Shown in pieces: positions 35,927 through 46,550 of a DNA stretch of 64,000 nt. Within the stretch, counting starts at the first letter, position 1. Each line of letters starts with the position of its first letter. The translations under genes were made by a program, and so were the position numbers. Below the pieces are notes generated by a model, which did no database searches, was not told the origin of the DNA, and saw nothing but the letters and a program-made list of their open reading frames with translations. This stretch comes from a virus, in the IMG/VR virus record IMGVR_UViG_3300030331_006276; one strand, 5' to 3'.

Positions 35927-38800
35927 ATGGCACAGCGTACGATTAACTCTCCTGGAGTAGAAATTAGAGAAGCAGATCTTTCACTCACCGCCCCGTTAAA
36001 CGTTGGAACTAACGTATATGTTACTGGTTTCGCGCAACAGGGACCCCTTGATGAAGTTCTTAAAATTACAACTAAACAAGAACTAAATAACGTCTTTGGA
36101 CCTCCAACCAACTCATCTGAAAGATATTTCTACTATACTATAAATGAATTGTTAAATTCACCAGCTAATATATTTGCTAGTAGATTGCCATACGGTCATG
36201 GTACTGGTGATGGATTTGGATCTAAATATTCAGCTTTAGTATACCCAGTACGTAACGTTACTGGTGATTCGCAACTGGGTCAGTTAAGTGCCTTCCATCT
36301 TAATCAAAAATTTAATGCTACTAATTCACATACTGCTCTCTCTGGAGTAGAGATTCAAATTCAATCTGGTCGTGGAGTTCTAAGCTCTGTTGTCTTTGGA
36401 TTTGGCACTGCTAAACCAAGTGGTTCTGCCAACCCTCTTGTGGGTGCTAATACCGGTGCTAGTGAATTCCCTACGACGTCCTCTGTAGGAATTAATCGTG
36501 GTGGAACTACTAACGTAATTCAAATTAGTGCTAGTAAAACTGGTGGTAATACACCTCAATCGATTAGACACGTATTGTCTTCTGTAGTTCGTTTATCAGC
36601 TGGTTATGGTACTAAAGCTGCAGCTCCTGGTGTTAATAACACAATTAAAGTAGATTCATTTAACTTTGCAGCAAGTGCAGGAAATGCACCTAATACTTTC
36701 GCTAGTACTTCTATTAAAATTAGTCTTACTGGTGCTTCTGCACTTAAGACTGTTGGTGTAATTACACCGTCAGTTAATAATCCATTTACCGGTGCTACTG
36801 ATACTTTCTCTATTAGTGCTGAATCTAATCAGCAAATTTCAACTAGCTTAGATACGGCTTCAGCAGTATACGTATTAGGTCAGCCTACACACTTAGAACT
36901 TACTGAATCACAATATCTTAGTGCTTTACAAGGTACAGCGTATACTTGGTCAAAAACTGCTGGTGCGAAAGATTCTTTCAGTACTATTGCTGATGCAGGA
37001 GGAGCCGGCGCTGTTATCTTAAATAAGTCAACGTCAACTATTAATAATCAATTTGAAGGTTTTTATGTTGGTCTTGCTGATAACACAAACACAACGCCAG
37101 GTACTAACTTTAATAATATATTAACAACTAAGACGCTAACACAATCAGCTGCTGCAACAACAACATATACAACAATACCAGCAGGTACGCAAGTGTTTAA
37201 ACTATCAGCTAACTTTGAAACAGGTACAACTAATTCAGTATCTGAAGTGATGGAAAATCTTACTGATTTTGAAATCGATGGAAGAACTGATGATGATGTC
37301 TTAAGCTTAGGTGTATTTAAGTTACGTAAATCGATTTACGCTAATGAAGCATTCAAGCTTGATTATGTATTAGAAGATGGTATAGCTGGATCAATTAACT
37401 ATTATAGAACGCAGCTTAACCCAGCTGGAGGACAGGATATTCCATTCTTTGTAGAATCTCGAGATGATTTATCACGTAACGTTGTTGTTAAAGTTAATGA
37501 TTACGTATCAAATAGACTTAGAGGTACAAACGCTCTAGATGCTAATGGAAATGTTAATAAGAGAATTAGATTATTAACTACTGAGCTAGCTACTAATACT
37601 GATGCTGAGGGTGTAGCAAAGACAGGAATTGATGGATCGCAATATTCAGGCTTAGAAACTGCTGTTGGAAAAGCTGAAAGTTTATTCCCATTAGGTGCTT
37701 ATACCGAAGCAACTGTCGAAGGTAAAGAATTAGGAGATATTCCTAATAAGTTAGAAAGAGCACTTGATGCTATTAAAAACGATGATATCTACGATATTGA
37801 TGTTGTTGTTGAAGGTGGCTTAGGTACAATCTATACTATAGCAAGTGCTGATAATTTAACTTATTACGATGAGTATTCAGCAACATCTGCTGAAGCTGTT
37901 AATGGATTAAGAACATCGAATGAAATTACAGGTGCTGCAGCAACTCTTAGAAATAATTACTCGACTATCTTTAATAAATTCGAGCAATTTGTCTCACCAC
38001 CTTACTTAGGAGGTGGTAGAGGTGATTGTATATTTATTGCTGATCCATTACGTCAAATCTTTGTACAAGGAACAGAAGGTAAGATACTTGATGATAAAAA
38101 TAAGAACTTCCAGACAGATATTTACTGGCCTGTAAGACATCAATTTGAAAACGAGAATACATCTTACGCGGCAGTATATGGTAACTGGGCATTAATATAT
38201 GATACCTATTCTGGACGTCAAGTATATGTTCCGTTCTCTGGATTTGCTGGAGCTATAATGGCAAGATCAGATGCTGCAACCTTCCCATGGTTTGCACCAG
38301 CTGGCTTCACAAGAGGGCTTGTAACAAATGCTAATGACATAGCGGTTAATCCTAATCAAAAGCAAAGGGATGAGTTTTATAAAGCAAACATTAACCCTGT
38401 AGCACAATTCCCATCGCAGGGATTAGTAGTATTTGGACAGAAAACACTTTCAAAGAAATCGAGTGCATTTGACAGAATTAATGTTAGAAGGTTGTTCTTA
38501 AGCTTAGAAAGACCTACTAAGAAAGCTACTAGATTCTTTGTATTTGAACAAAATACAGAGTTTACTAGAACAAGAATAGTTAATACTCTTACCCCAATCT
38601 TTGAAAGGGCTAAGAATAACGAAGGCTTGTTTGATTACTTGATTGTATGTGATGAGAGAAACAACACACCAGCAATTATAGATGCTAATGAGTTGGTAGT
38701 TGATATTTACATCAAACCAACAAGAACAGCAGAGTTTATCTTAGTTAACTTCTTTGCCACTAGAACAGATGCTAATTTTGAAGAATTAGTCGGTGGTTAA
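35927..38800 (+). CDS. Tail sheath protein (gp18)
   Basis: SPGVEIREADL, PWFAPAGFTRG, INPV, FGQKTL...SAFDRINVRRLFL and IKPTRTAEFI motifs. Confidence 0.95.
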   Translation: MAQRTINSPGVEIREADLSLTAPLNVGTNVYVTGFAQQGPLDEVLKITTKQELNNVFGPPTNSSERYFYYTINELLNSPANIFASRLPYGHGTGDGFGSKYSALVYPVRNVTGDSQLGQLSAFHLNQKFNATNSHTALSGVEIQIQSGRGVLSSVVFGFGTAKPSGSANPLVGANTGASEFPTTSSVGINRGGTTNVIQISASKTGGNTPQSIRHVLSSVVRLSAGYGTKAAAPGVNNTIKVDSFNFAASAGNAPNTFASTSIKISLTGASALKTVGVITPSVNNPFTGATDTFSISAESNQQISTSLDTASAVYVLGQPTHLELTESQYLSALQGTAYTWSKTAGAKDSFSTIADAGGAGAVILNKSTSTINNQFEGFYVGLADNTNTTPGTNFNNILTTKTLTQSAAATTTYTTIPAGTQVFKLSANFETGTTNSVSEVMENLTDFEIDGRTDDDVLSLGVFKLRKSIYANEAFKLDYVLEDGIAGSINYYRTQLNPAGGQDIPFFVESRDDLSRNVVVKVNDYVSNRLRGTNALDANGNVNKRIRLLTTELATNTDAEGVAKTGIDGSQYSGLETAVGKAESLFPLGAYTEATVEGKELGDIPNKLERALDAIKNDDIYDIDVVVEGGLGTIYTIASADNLTYYDEYSATSAEAVNGLRTSNEITGAAATLRNNYSTIFNKFEQFVSPPYLGGGRGDCIFIADPLRQIFVQGTEGKILDDKNKNFQTDIYWPVRHQFENENTSYAAVYGNWALIYDTYSGRQVYVPFSGFAGAIMARSDAATFPWFAPAGFTRGLVTNANDIAVNPNQKQRDEFYKANINPVAQFPSQGLVVFGQKTLSKKSSAFDRINVRRLFLSLERPTKKATRFFVFEQNTEFTRTRIVNTLTPIFERAKNNEGLFDYLIVCDERNNTPAIIDANELVVDIYIKPTRTAEFILVNFFATRTDANFEELVGG

Positions 38801-38824
38801 TGAAACAAACTATTAAATAATATT

Positions 38825-39361
38825 ATGGCAACAACTATTCAAAACTTCTTTACTAGAGCTGCAGAAAAGCAATTTTCCCGTGACTTTCTATTTCGAGTTA
38901 GGCAAATAGATCTAATCGGTGGAATTAGTTTTAACGGAGAGGACGACCTAGTTTATGCTAGGACAGCAAACTTACCGGGTAGAAATATAACTAACCAAAC
39001 AGTTAATTATTTCGGTCAAGAGTTTCAGGTGCCTGGAAGATCAACTTACGCAAACGCTGAAGGTTATTCGATTGAATTCTATCATGATGAAAATTGTGAG
39101 CTTCGAACTAAAATGGAAGCTGCTTCAAGGGCAGTATTTAACAACGAAACTTCTTTAGGGCAATATGGAATGCCTGGAGAAGAATCAAGAATAAATCTTG
39201 TACAAATTGATAAGAGTTTAAACGACGTGAGAAATATTGAGCTTGTTGGTGCATCTATTAGAGAGATTGGTGATATTGAATACTCTATTGCAGAAGGTGA
39301 AGGTGCTGTATTAAACTTCTCAACTACATTTGCTTACCATTTCTATAGAGACTTTAGTTAA
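38825..39361 (+). CDS. Tail tube protein (gp19)
   Basis: Follows the sheath gene. TANLPGRNI...YFG..F.VPGR and F.TTFAY patterns. Confidence 0.85.
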   Translation: MATTIQNFFTRAAEKQFSRDFLFRVRQIDLIGGISFNGEDDLVYARTANLPGRNITNQTVNYFGQEFQVPGRSTYANAEGYSIEFYHDENCELRTKMEAASRAVFNNETSLGQYGMPGEESRINLVQIDKSLNDVRNIELVGASIREIGDIEYSIAEGEGAVLNFSTTFAYHFYRDFS

Positions 39362-39398
39362 TTACATGTTTAATTAAATTGCCGATTAAATATTATTA

Positions 39399-40103
39399 AT
39401 GGCGCGTGAACTATACGATTTTCTTAGCAAATATAGTATTAATGGTCCTTCGAGATATGTTCTCTCGTTACCAACGCTTTGGAAGATAGAATTTTCTAAT
39501 GCTGAAACTGTAAGGGGTCAGGTTGATGCTGCATTAGAAAAAGCAGGTGAATCTTGGCGTGTTGAAAATACTCCTGAAGAATTTGTTTCTAATGGTAATA
39601 CTTTAGTAGCGCGTGAAGTTTCTGTTCCAGGTGAAACTACAGAGTTTTTAGAAGCGGGGAGTGATATAAATAAAGGAGGCTTTTTACCGGCGTTCGGTGT
39701 AGAGAAAAGGCAGGGATTCTTAAACAGAAATTTAGGTGTAAATATTTTTGATACTGAGGATGATTTAGAGCATACTTTTTTTAGACCGTGGATGATAGCG
39801 GTTGGAATAGATGGCTTAATTAATAGAGGATTATTATGTCCTAATGTTGTTTTAAGGCAATATAACACTAAAGGGGAGATTCGTAAAGGTTATATTTTTA
39901 CAGATGTATTTCCTACAAACATAGAAGGCTATCAATTAGATTATGATAATGAAACATTTATGGAAAAGAGTGTAACTTTTGCATTTAAAAATTATCGTCC
40001 TATAAAAACAACAAAGGGCCAAGGAACAGATAATCAGCTACCAGTTGGTGATTTTGGTGTGCCCTTTGATCAGTCTATTGCTGATGTTGGTAACATTGCT
40101 TAA
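39399..40103 (+). CDS. Tube-fold protein (gp19 paralogue or gp54-like)
   Basis: LRQY...YIFTDVFPTNI...LDYD...SVTFAFK.Y pattern. Confidence 0.65.
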   Translation: MARELYDFLSKYSINGPSRYVLSLPTLWKIEFSNAETVRGQVDAALEKAGESWRVENTPEEFVSNGNTLVAREVSVPGETTEFLEAGSDINKGGFLPAFGVEKRQGFLNRNLGVNIFDTEDDLEHTFFRPWMIAVGIDGLINRGLLCPNVVLRQYNTKGEIRKGYIFTDVFPTNIEGYQLDYDNETFMEKSVTFAFKNYRPIKTTKGQGTDNQLPVGDFGVPFDQSIADVGNIA

Positions 40104-40128
40104 ATGTTAATGCACAATAATTAATAGT

Positions 40129-40923
40129 ATGGATTTATCCTTTACCCTTCTTAATAAGAAAGAAGTTACAGTAAAAGAAATACTCTATAGAGATCTAAGA
40201 AAGTTAGCATTATATAGCGATTCTTCTATATCAAATATAATTAAATTTTTGGAGTCGTTTATTATAACAAAAGGATTAACAGTTGTAGAAAAATTATTAG
40301 CTTTTTTTATCTTAAGAGAAAAGTGTATTGGGGAACAGGTTGCCGTAGGTTCTACTAAAGGTAACGTTAATATAGATTTACAGCTTTTTAAAAATAATAT
40401 TGGTTCTTTTGATGATATACAAGAAGAAGTTGTTGTTGATAATATAGTATGTACTTTAAATTATCCTACTAAGTTTTATACGGGTGATACAGATTTTATA
40501 TTTTCTCTTATAGAAAAATTAAAGATTGAAGATGAGGAAATAGTTGTATCGTTATTATCTGAAAAGGAATATAAAGACGTCTTTAGTCGGTTGCCAGATA
40601 GTATTTTTGGACATCTCGAGGCTTTTGTTGACAAAAATAGATCTCATTTTGATATTCTAGTGTTTGAAGGTAAAGAGAATATGAAAATAGATCCTATTAG
40701 AATTAATATGTTTGATATATCTCTTACTACTTTTATTGTTAGGCTATTTGATTGCGTACAAGATACTGATTATAGAGAAATGATTTTTACTTTAAGTAAA
40801 AGAATACCTGATGTATCATATCTTACATCGTGTACTTTTTTAGAGCTTAATGATTATTATAAATTATACTTAGATGAAATTGAAAAGCAAAACCAAGACT
40901 TGAAAAACCAAAAGATTAGCTAA
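40129..40923 (+). CDS. Baseplate hub assembly protein (gp26/gp51-like)
   Basis: Position, and similarity in layout to the next ORF. Confidence 0.45.
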   Translation: MDLSFTLLNKKEVTVKEILYRDLRKLALYSDSSISNIIKFLESFIITKGLTVVEKLLAFFILREKCIGEQVAVGSTKGNVNIDLQLFKNNIGSFDDIQEEVVVDNIVCTLNYPTKFYTGDTDFIFSLIEKLKIEDEEIVVSLLSEKEYKDVFSRLPDSIFGHLEAFVDKNRSHFDILVFEGKENMKIDPIRINMFDISLTTFIVRLFDCVQDTDYREMIFTLSKRIPDVSYLTSCTFLELNDYYKLYLDEIEKQNQDLKNQKIS

Positions 40924-40931
40924 ATATCATT

Positions 40932-41660
40932 ATGAGTAAAAATGTTTCTTCTTTTCTGAATAAGTTAGATAAGCTTCAAGATGAAACTATCGAAGTTTTT
41001 GTACCATCTTTAAAGAAGAAAGTACCAACAAAGCCTTTAAATTTAAAGCAGCAAAAAGATTTAATTTCTTCTGTGCTTGATGGTCTTAAAGGAGCCTTAG
41101 ATTTTAACAGAACACTTAATAAAATTATTATTGAAAACTCAGGCTTATCTGATTTGAAGGTATATGATAAGCTACCTTTTATTATTGCATTAAGAAAAAA
41201 TGCTTTAGGTGATAAAGTAGGTGGTATTGAATTGCAAAGCGTTCTTAATAATATTAAGAATATTCCGTTTAATATAAAAGATACTTTTACTATCAAAGAA
41301 GGTACTTTAAAATTAACGCTTAAGATTCCTACATTAAAGCAAGAAAATATTTTGCTTAATAAATGCGAGCAAGAGATTGATGGAGATCAATCTGTTCTTA
41401 AAGAAGGTGTTGGGACGCTTTATATTTACGAAATAATTAAATTTATTGATATTATACAAATTGAGGAAGATGTTATTGACTTAGATGATATTCGAATACA
41501 TGAACGTATAAAACTTGTTGAAAAGCTTCCTCTTAGTGTTTATTCTAGAATATCTAATTTCATTGAAGGTGTTAGCAAATATAATAATGACCTTCTAACT
41601 GTTGATGAAACAGAGCTTGAGATTGATGCAGAATTTTTCGATACATCGAGTGGTGATTAA
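40932..41660 (+). CDS. Baseplate hub gp26-like
   Basis: VFVPSLKKKV..KPLNLKQQKDLI pattern. Confidence 0.6.
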   Translation: MSKNVSSFLNKLDKLQDETIEVFVPSLKKKVPTKPLNLKQQKDLISSVLDGLKGALDFNRTLNKIIIENSGLSDLKVYDKLPFIIALRKNALGDKVGGIELQSVLNNIKNIPFNIKDTFTIKEGTLKLTLKIPTLKQENILLNKCEQEIDGDQSVLKEGVGTLYIYEIIKFIDIIQIEEDVIDLDDIRIHERIKLVEKLPLSVYSRISNFIEGVSKYNNDLLTVDETELEIDAEFFDTSSGD

Positions 41661-41668
41661 ATATTTAA

Positions 41669-43612
41669 GTGGCAGATGATATTATACCCATACAGCAAGC
41701 TTTAGAAGCGTTAACTGCTATGCAGCGTGCAGAAGGTCAAGCTGCACAAGATTACGATGCTGTTAATAACATTGGTAAGAATGTTAATAATTCTTCTCTT
41801 TTTGGCGTTAAGAAAAAGGAAACAGTAAAAGCATCTTTAACATCAGCAGAAAGAGGCAGACTTAAAAATAGCACAGCTATAGTTATTGCAGAATTTTTCA
41901 AATTAAAAAGTAGGTATGAAAAAGATACAAAACCTGATACTGTTATAAAGAGAAAACAAGCTGATGCTAAAAAAAGCACAGATCTTATGATGGGAAAAGG
42001 TGAAGGTGAAAGAGATGGTCAAAGTATTCTGGATTATATATCTGGTCTAATGGGATTGTTTGGTATTGGTGGTGCACTAGGTCGTCGTGGTTTATTAAAA
42101 ATGCTTGGTGATTGGATCTGGAAGGGTATAAAATTTGGTGGTGATAAAATTTGGCAAGGATTAAAAAATGTAGGATCAGCGGCGTGGACTGCTATCAAAG
42201 CAGGATTTACTGGTGTAGGTAATTTCTTTAAAAATTTATATACTGGATTTAGAAATTCATCTTTCTGGAAAGGTTTTACGGGTGCTATTAATAGCGGCTT
42301 AGCATCTGCTAAAAACTTTATAATGTCTGCAAAAAATGCACTTGCAAGTGCATTATCTGCTGTAGGTACTGCTACAAAAAATGCTCTCTCTGCAGCTGTA
42401 GCAGCACGACCTCCAAGACGACCAACACCAGCAAGAAGATCGCCGCCGAAGTCGAAGGGCCTTTTTGGAAAAATTGGTGATTTTGCTGGCAAGGCTCTTA
42501 AAAGTGGTGGGGAGTTAATTGGTTCAGGTGCAAAATTTGTTGCTGATAAAGCTGTACAAGCTAAAGACTTTACTGTTAAAACTGTAGCTAAGGGTAAAGA
42601 TATTGTAGTTAAAGGAGCTAAGCTTGTTGGTGAGAAAGCTCTGCAGCCTGTCATGATGGTGATAAGAAAAGGATTTGAAAGTGTTATTGGTAAAGGAGGG
42701 GCAAATATAGCAAGATTTCTAGGAGGTACAGCTAGAAGAATTCCTATCATTGGACCAGCTATTGAAGGATTGTTTACAGCTGCTGATATAAAAAAGCTAA
42801 AAAAGAGACATTTAGAAGACCCAACTGGATTTTCTGCTAGTCAATTAAATGAAGCTGCTGGGCGAAGAGCTATAAAAGGTATTACAGCGGCAATTGGTGC
42901 AGCAGGTGGTGCATTCTTAGGTGGTGTAGCTGGTGCAGCTTCTGGTCCATTTGCTTTCTTAGGCACACCTATAGGAGCATTTTTAGGAGGGGTTAGTGGA
43001 GATCTCTTAGGTCGCTTTATTGGTGATTTGCTTAGCACATATATAGTACCAGATTCTGCAAAACTATCAATTGGTAGATTATTTACAGGCGTTGAGGATA
43101 GGAAAATGCCTACAGAATTACAAGACTTTATTATCCAACGTGGAGTTGTTACTCCGTTTAGCGAAAAAGATGTTGTTATGGGTATGAAGCCGGGCGGAGC
43201 TATTGGCGAGTTTCTTGGTGAAACTGGTAATAGTATAAAAAATTTAATAAACGAAGTAAGACAACCAAAACGTCATACTACTGTTAGTCAAATATTTAGT
43301 GACCCATTTTTAACAGCAAATGGAAATTCAAAAGCTTTAACACTTAGTAACGCTTTAGGAAGATTACAAGTAAAAGCAATTGGTGTATCAAACAACCATT
43401 TAGCCCAACTTGTACAACTTACCCAATTATTAGTCAAAAAGCCAGCCGGGGGTAGTGTTGGCGGTTCAGGTAATACTATACTCAATGTATCACAGCCATC
43501 AGATTCTATACCCGGAACGCAAGGAGATCCAACAGGTCCAGAATTTGCTGATAGTCGAACTGAGTTTTATAATTCCGCTTATAGTATGCATACACCCGGT
43601 ACTCTGACATAA
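41669..43612 (+). CDS. Tape measure / gp29-like hub protein
   Basis: Long Ala/Gly-rich helical protein with RRIPIIGP and GAAGGAFLGG..G segments. Confidence 0.7.
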   Translation: MADDIIPIQQALEALTAMQRAEGQAAQDYDAVNNIGKNVNNSSLFGVKKKETVKASLTSAERGRLKNSTAIVIAEFFKLKSRYEKDTKPDTVIKRKQADAKKSTDLMMGKGEGERDGQSILDYISGLMGLFGIGGALGRRGLLKMLGDWIWKGIKFGGDKIWQGLKNVGSAAWTAIKAGFTGVGNFFKNLYTGFRNSSFWKGFTGAINSGLASAKNFIMSAKNALASALSAVGTATKNALSAAVAARPPRRPTPARRSPPKSKGLFGKIGDFAGKALKSGGELIGSGAKFVADKAVQAKDFTVKTVAKGKDIVVKGAKLVGEKALQPVMMVIRKGFESVIGKGGANIARFLGGTARRIPIIGPAIEGLFTAADIKKLKKRHLEDPTGFSASQLNEAAGRRAIKGITAAIGAAGGAFLGGVAGAASGPFAFLGTPIGAFLGGVSGDLLGRFIGDLLSTYIVPDSAKLSIGRLFTGVEDRKMPTELQDFIIQRGVVTPFSEKDVVMGMKPGGAIGEFLGETGNSIKNLINEVRQPKRHTTVSQIFSDPFLTANGNSKALTLSNALGRLQVKAIGVSNNHLAQLVQLTQLLVKKPAGGSVGGSGNTILNVSQPSDSIPGTQGDPTGPEFADSRTEFYNSAYSMHTPGTLT

Positions 43613-43620
43613 ATATTATT

Positions 43621-44748
43621 ATGCCGGTTGATTCGGATATAGTTAGAAATTATGACTGGACCTCTGTTCCAAGAAACTCAGCTTTGAGGGAAGAGGCGCC
43701 AGTAGCTATATGTACGGCGCATACACTTAATAGTAATCAATTGCAACAATTTGTTCAAGGTTATATGAATACTGTTCGATTCACGGATACAGTTGGTGAT
43801 GATGGTATTGCTTTTTATAAAGGTCTTTATCAAGGAGGAGAAATAATTGATACATTCTTTTTTCCTTTTTTTACAGATGATTTTCGAGCATTTAGTAATG
43901 AATATTCTGATTCCTTTTCCCCTATAAGTCAGCGAGGAGCGCGTATGGTAGGTGCAGAAATAATTGAAAACTTGGCTGGTGCAGGAGAAAAATTAATCGG
44001 TGGTGGAGCTGCTTTAGGAAAAGGTCTTTTATCTGTTGGTGCTGGTTTAGTTGAAGGTGTAAAATCTTTAAGTGATACAACAGCTGATCAGACTATGATT
44101 GGGGGGATGGGTAGGCTTGGATCATTTTTAAATGACCTAGGTAGTAAAGCAGCAACTATGCAAGGTCAAATGGCAGGTACAAAATCGATAGGTGCACCTG
44201 GATCATTTATTGAAACGCCAAAATTCTATCAATATGCTAACACTGATCAAGGGTTACAAATATCATTTGCTTTATCTAATACATTAAATGATGACGCACC
44301 TCTAAAAAATGCTGAGTTTATAAAAGAGTTTACTATTATAAATAGACCTAGACGAGAAGGACCGTTAGGTATGACCTTCCCAGCAATCTATCATATTGAA
44401 GTACCTGGATTAAGATATATAGAATGGGCTTACTTAGAAAATTTTGGCATATCAATGTTAGGTCAAAGAAGAAAAATTAACGATGTTATAATTCCTGAAG
44501 CTTATATTATAACATTAAACTTTATATCATTAACAATTGAGCCGGCTAACTTTATGAAATTTGTACAAACACCAAGTCAAAGTGGAGTTGAGTATGAACG
44601 TGAAAGGGCTGCAGCTTTAGGTCAACTGAGAGAGCAGTTTGAGACAGGTGAGAATTTTGTAGGACCACCATCAAATTTCTCACCTCAAACTTTAGCTAAT
44701 GAAAATTCCCAATTATTAAGACAAAGAAATGAAAGGTTTGGAAGATAA
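43621..44748 (+). CDS. Baseplate tail-tube cap gp48-like
   Basis: Position. ETPKFYQY and FPAIYHIEVPG patterns. Confidence 0.5.
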   Translation: MPVDSDIVRNYDWTSVPRNSALREEAPVAICTAHTLNSNQLQQFVQGYMNTVRFTDTVGDDGIAFYKGLYQGGEIIDTFFFPFFTDDFRAFSNEYSDSFSPISQRGARMVGAEIIENLAGAGEKLIGGGAALGKGLLSVGAGLVEGVKSLSDTTADQTMIGGMGRLGSFLNDLGSKAATMQGQMAGTKSIGAPGSFIETPKFYQYANTDQGLQISFALSNTLNDDAPLKNAEFIKEFTIINRPRREGPLGMTFPAIYHIEVPGLRYIEWAYLENFGISMLGQRRKINDVIIPEAYIITLNFISLTIEPANFMKFVQTPSQSGVEYERERAAALGQLREQFETGENFVGPPSNFSPQTLANENSQLLRQRNERFGR

Positions 44749-45155
44749 TGAGTTTAACAGGTACAACAGGTAAATATCAAAACCAAATTGAGGAGCTAGA
44801 AACCCTTCCTGTTTCTCGTTATGAAAGGATATTTCGTATATTTACAGAGAGTAAGCAAGGGAAAGAATTTTATTTTTATAACATACTAAATAAGATAGAG
44901 TTTCCAGATAATATAGATCCAGATTTACTTGATACGCATATTGTTAAATCACGTGAACCTCTTACAACAACATCATTTAATTTATATGGCGATATCGATA
45001 GTTGGTGGATAATATACTTATTAAACAAACCTCTTCTTAATAATTTATTTTATGCTGAAGGTGGGATGCAATTAAAATTTATTAAGAAAAACGAAAGAGG
45101 TTTAATCTATCAACAAATTACGGAAACTACTGTTTTTAGTGACAGGCACTTTTAA
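44748..45155 (+). CDS. Baseplate wedge gp53-like
   Basis: TTSFNLYGDIDSWWIIYLLN (LysM-like). Confidence 0.7.
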   Translation: MSLTGTTGKYQNQIEELETLPVSRYERIFRIFTESKQGKEFYFYNILNKIEFPDNIDPDLLDTHIVKSREPLTTTSFNLYGDIDSWWIIYLLNKPLLNNLFYAEGGMQLKFIKKNERGLIYQQITETTVFSDRHF

Positions 45156-46546
45156 TGAAACCAGGTAAAGACATTTATCCTATTAATGGAAGTGAGTTTT
45201 TCTGTAAATTTAATCTCACAGGACCGAGTATTGATCCAGACAAGCCAGGGGAAATTAACTTTACAAAAGCAGCAGTTCAAACATTTGAATTAGAGGAAAA
45301 CTTTTTTGAACCATTTGCTAATGCAAGTGTTACTGTTAATAATCCATTTGATTTTGTAGAGAATAATGTATTTACAAGAGGTGATGGTAGAGATACTTTT
45401 TCTATTACGTTGTTTAATAATCTAGATAAGAGACCAAAAGATGAAATAAAATTAGAATATGATTTTGTTATAGTTAACGAGAATAACAGTGTTTCAAAAA
45501 CTGATAGATCAAATAATTTTAAGACGTATACGTTAGTAGAAAAAAATTATTTTAAATTAAATGAGCAGATTCCATATGGAAAAAGGTATGGTGGTGGTGG
45601 TAGAGGTGGTACGGGAGTTGCTGTTGGTGATATGATAAAAGAAATTCTAGAAGATGTTCTTGAATCAGATATTGTAGATTTAGAAAATTGGGAGCCTGGT
45701 GATATGATAATAGATAACTTTCCAGAATATATAATACCTCCAAGAACATTTAGATATTCAGATTTAATTAGATATTTGTTAAGAATTTATTATTTCATTG
45801 ATGGTAATTTACCTTGTCAAGCAATGTTAACATTTGATAGAGTTAAGAAAAAGTATCAATTACGACCTATTAGTAAAATTTTTGGACAAAATTCTAAACT
45901 AACGCAAGAAGCTTTTGGTATTGGTGATTTAACTAATATAAAGAATGAAGGAACTGTTGGCAGTAATCCAATAGATGAAAAAGTTCCAGTAAATGAATAT
46001 ACTAATGCTTTAAAAAATACAAATTTTACAACACCTATGGTAACTTGGAGTAATGAATTTTTTACTAACTACACTATTTCAACTACTGATAGAGTATTAG
46101 GTACAGAAGTACAAGAGTTAATGACAATTAAAGATATAAAAGACGATTGGACAAAATCTTATGTAGATGTTTTTAAGTGTGTCGGTGGTAAACCAGAACC
46201 ATTTTTACCTATTAATCAAAGTAAAGCTGATATTTTTAAACCATTTGCTCTTCCGTTTAAGCCCGAACATGTTAGAAATATTGCAAAAGCTCAAATGGTA
46301 TCTAATTTAACATTTTATAATTTACAGCTAGCAATTGATAATATAGGAGATACAGCTAGAAAAGCTGGTAAATTTATAGATATTTTTAAGAGAAATAACG
46401 ATGAGGAAATTGTAGATAAGAAGCTATTAGGTAGATGGTTTGTTACGAAAGTAAGGCATTTATTTAATAGAGATAGATATTATAATGTAATATCTTGTAT
46501 TAAGACATGTGTCGGGCCAGGTCAAGAAATAAAAGATGTAAAATAA
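45155..46546 (+). CDS. Baseplate hub gp27-like
   Basis: GDTARKAGKFIDI and LLGRWFVTKVRHLF C-terminal pattern. Confidence 0.6.
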   Translation: MKPGKDIYPINGSEFFCKFNLTGPSIDPDKPGEINFTKAAVQTFELEENFFEPFANASVTVNNPFDFVENNVFTRGDGRDTFSITLFNNLDKRPKDEIKLEYDFVIVNENNSVSKTDRSNNFKTYTLVEKNYFKLNEQIPYGKRYGGGGRGGTGVAVGDMIKEILEDVLESDIVDLENWEPGDMIIDNFPEYIIPPRTFRYSDLIRYLLRIYYFIDGNLPCQAMLTFDRVKKKYQLRPISKIFGQNSKLTQEAFGIGDLTNIKNEGTVGSNPIDEKVPVNEYTNALKNTNFTTPMVTWSNEFFTNYTISTTDRVLGTEVQELMTIKDIKDDWTKSYVDVFKCVGGKPEPFLPINQSKADIFKPFALPFKPEHVRNIAKAQMVSNLTFYNLQLAIDNIGDTARKAGKFIDIFKRNNDEEIVDKKLLGRWFVTKVRHLFNRDRYYNVISCIKTCVGPGQEIKDVK

Positions 46547-46550
46547 TAAA

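Noticed and set aside
33561-38800. Introns, inteins or homing endonucleases in terminase or sheath
   Set aside because: The frames are continuous, and no intein splice motifs or LAGLIDADG/HNH/GIY-YIG signatures were seen.
42034-43485. Minus-strand ORFs of up to 238 aa inside the tape-measure gene
   Set aside because: These are antisense shadows caused by Ala/Gly codon bias.
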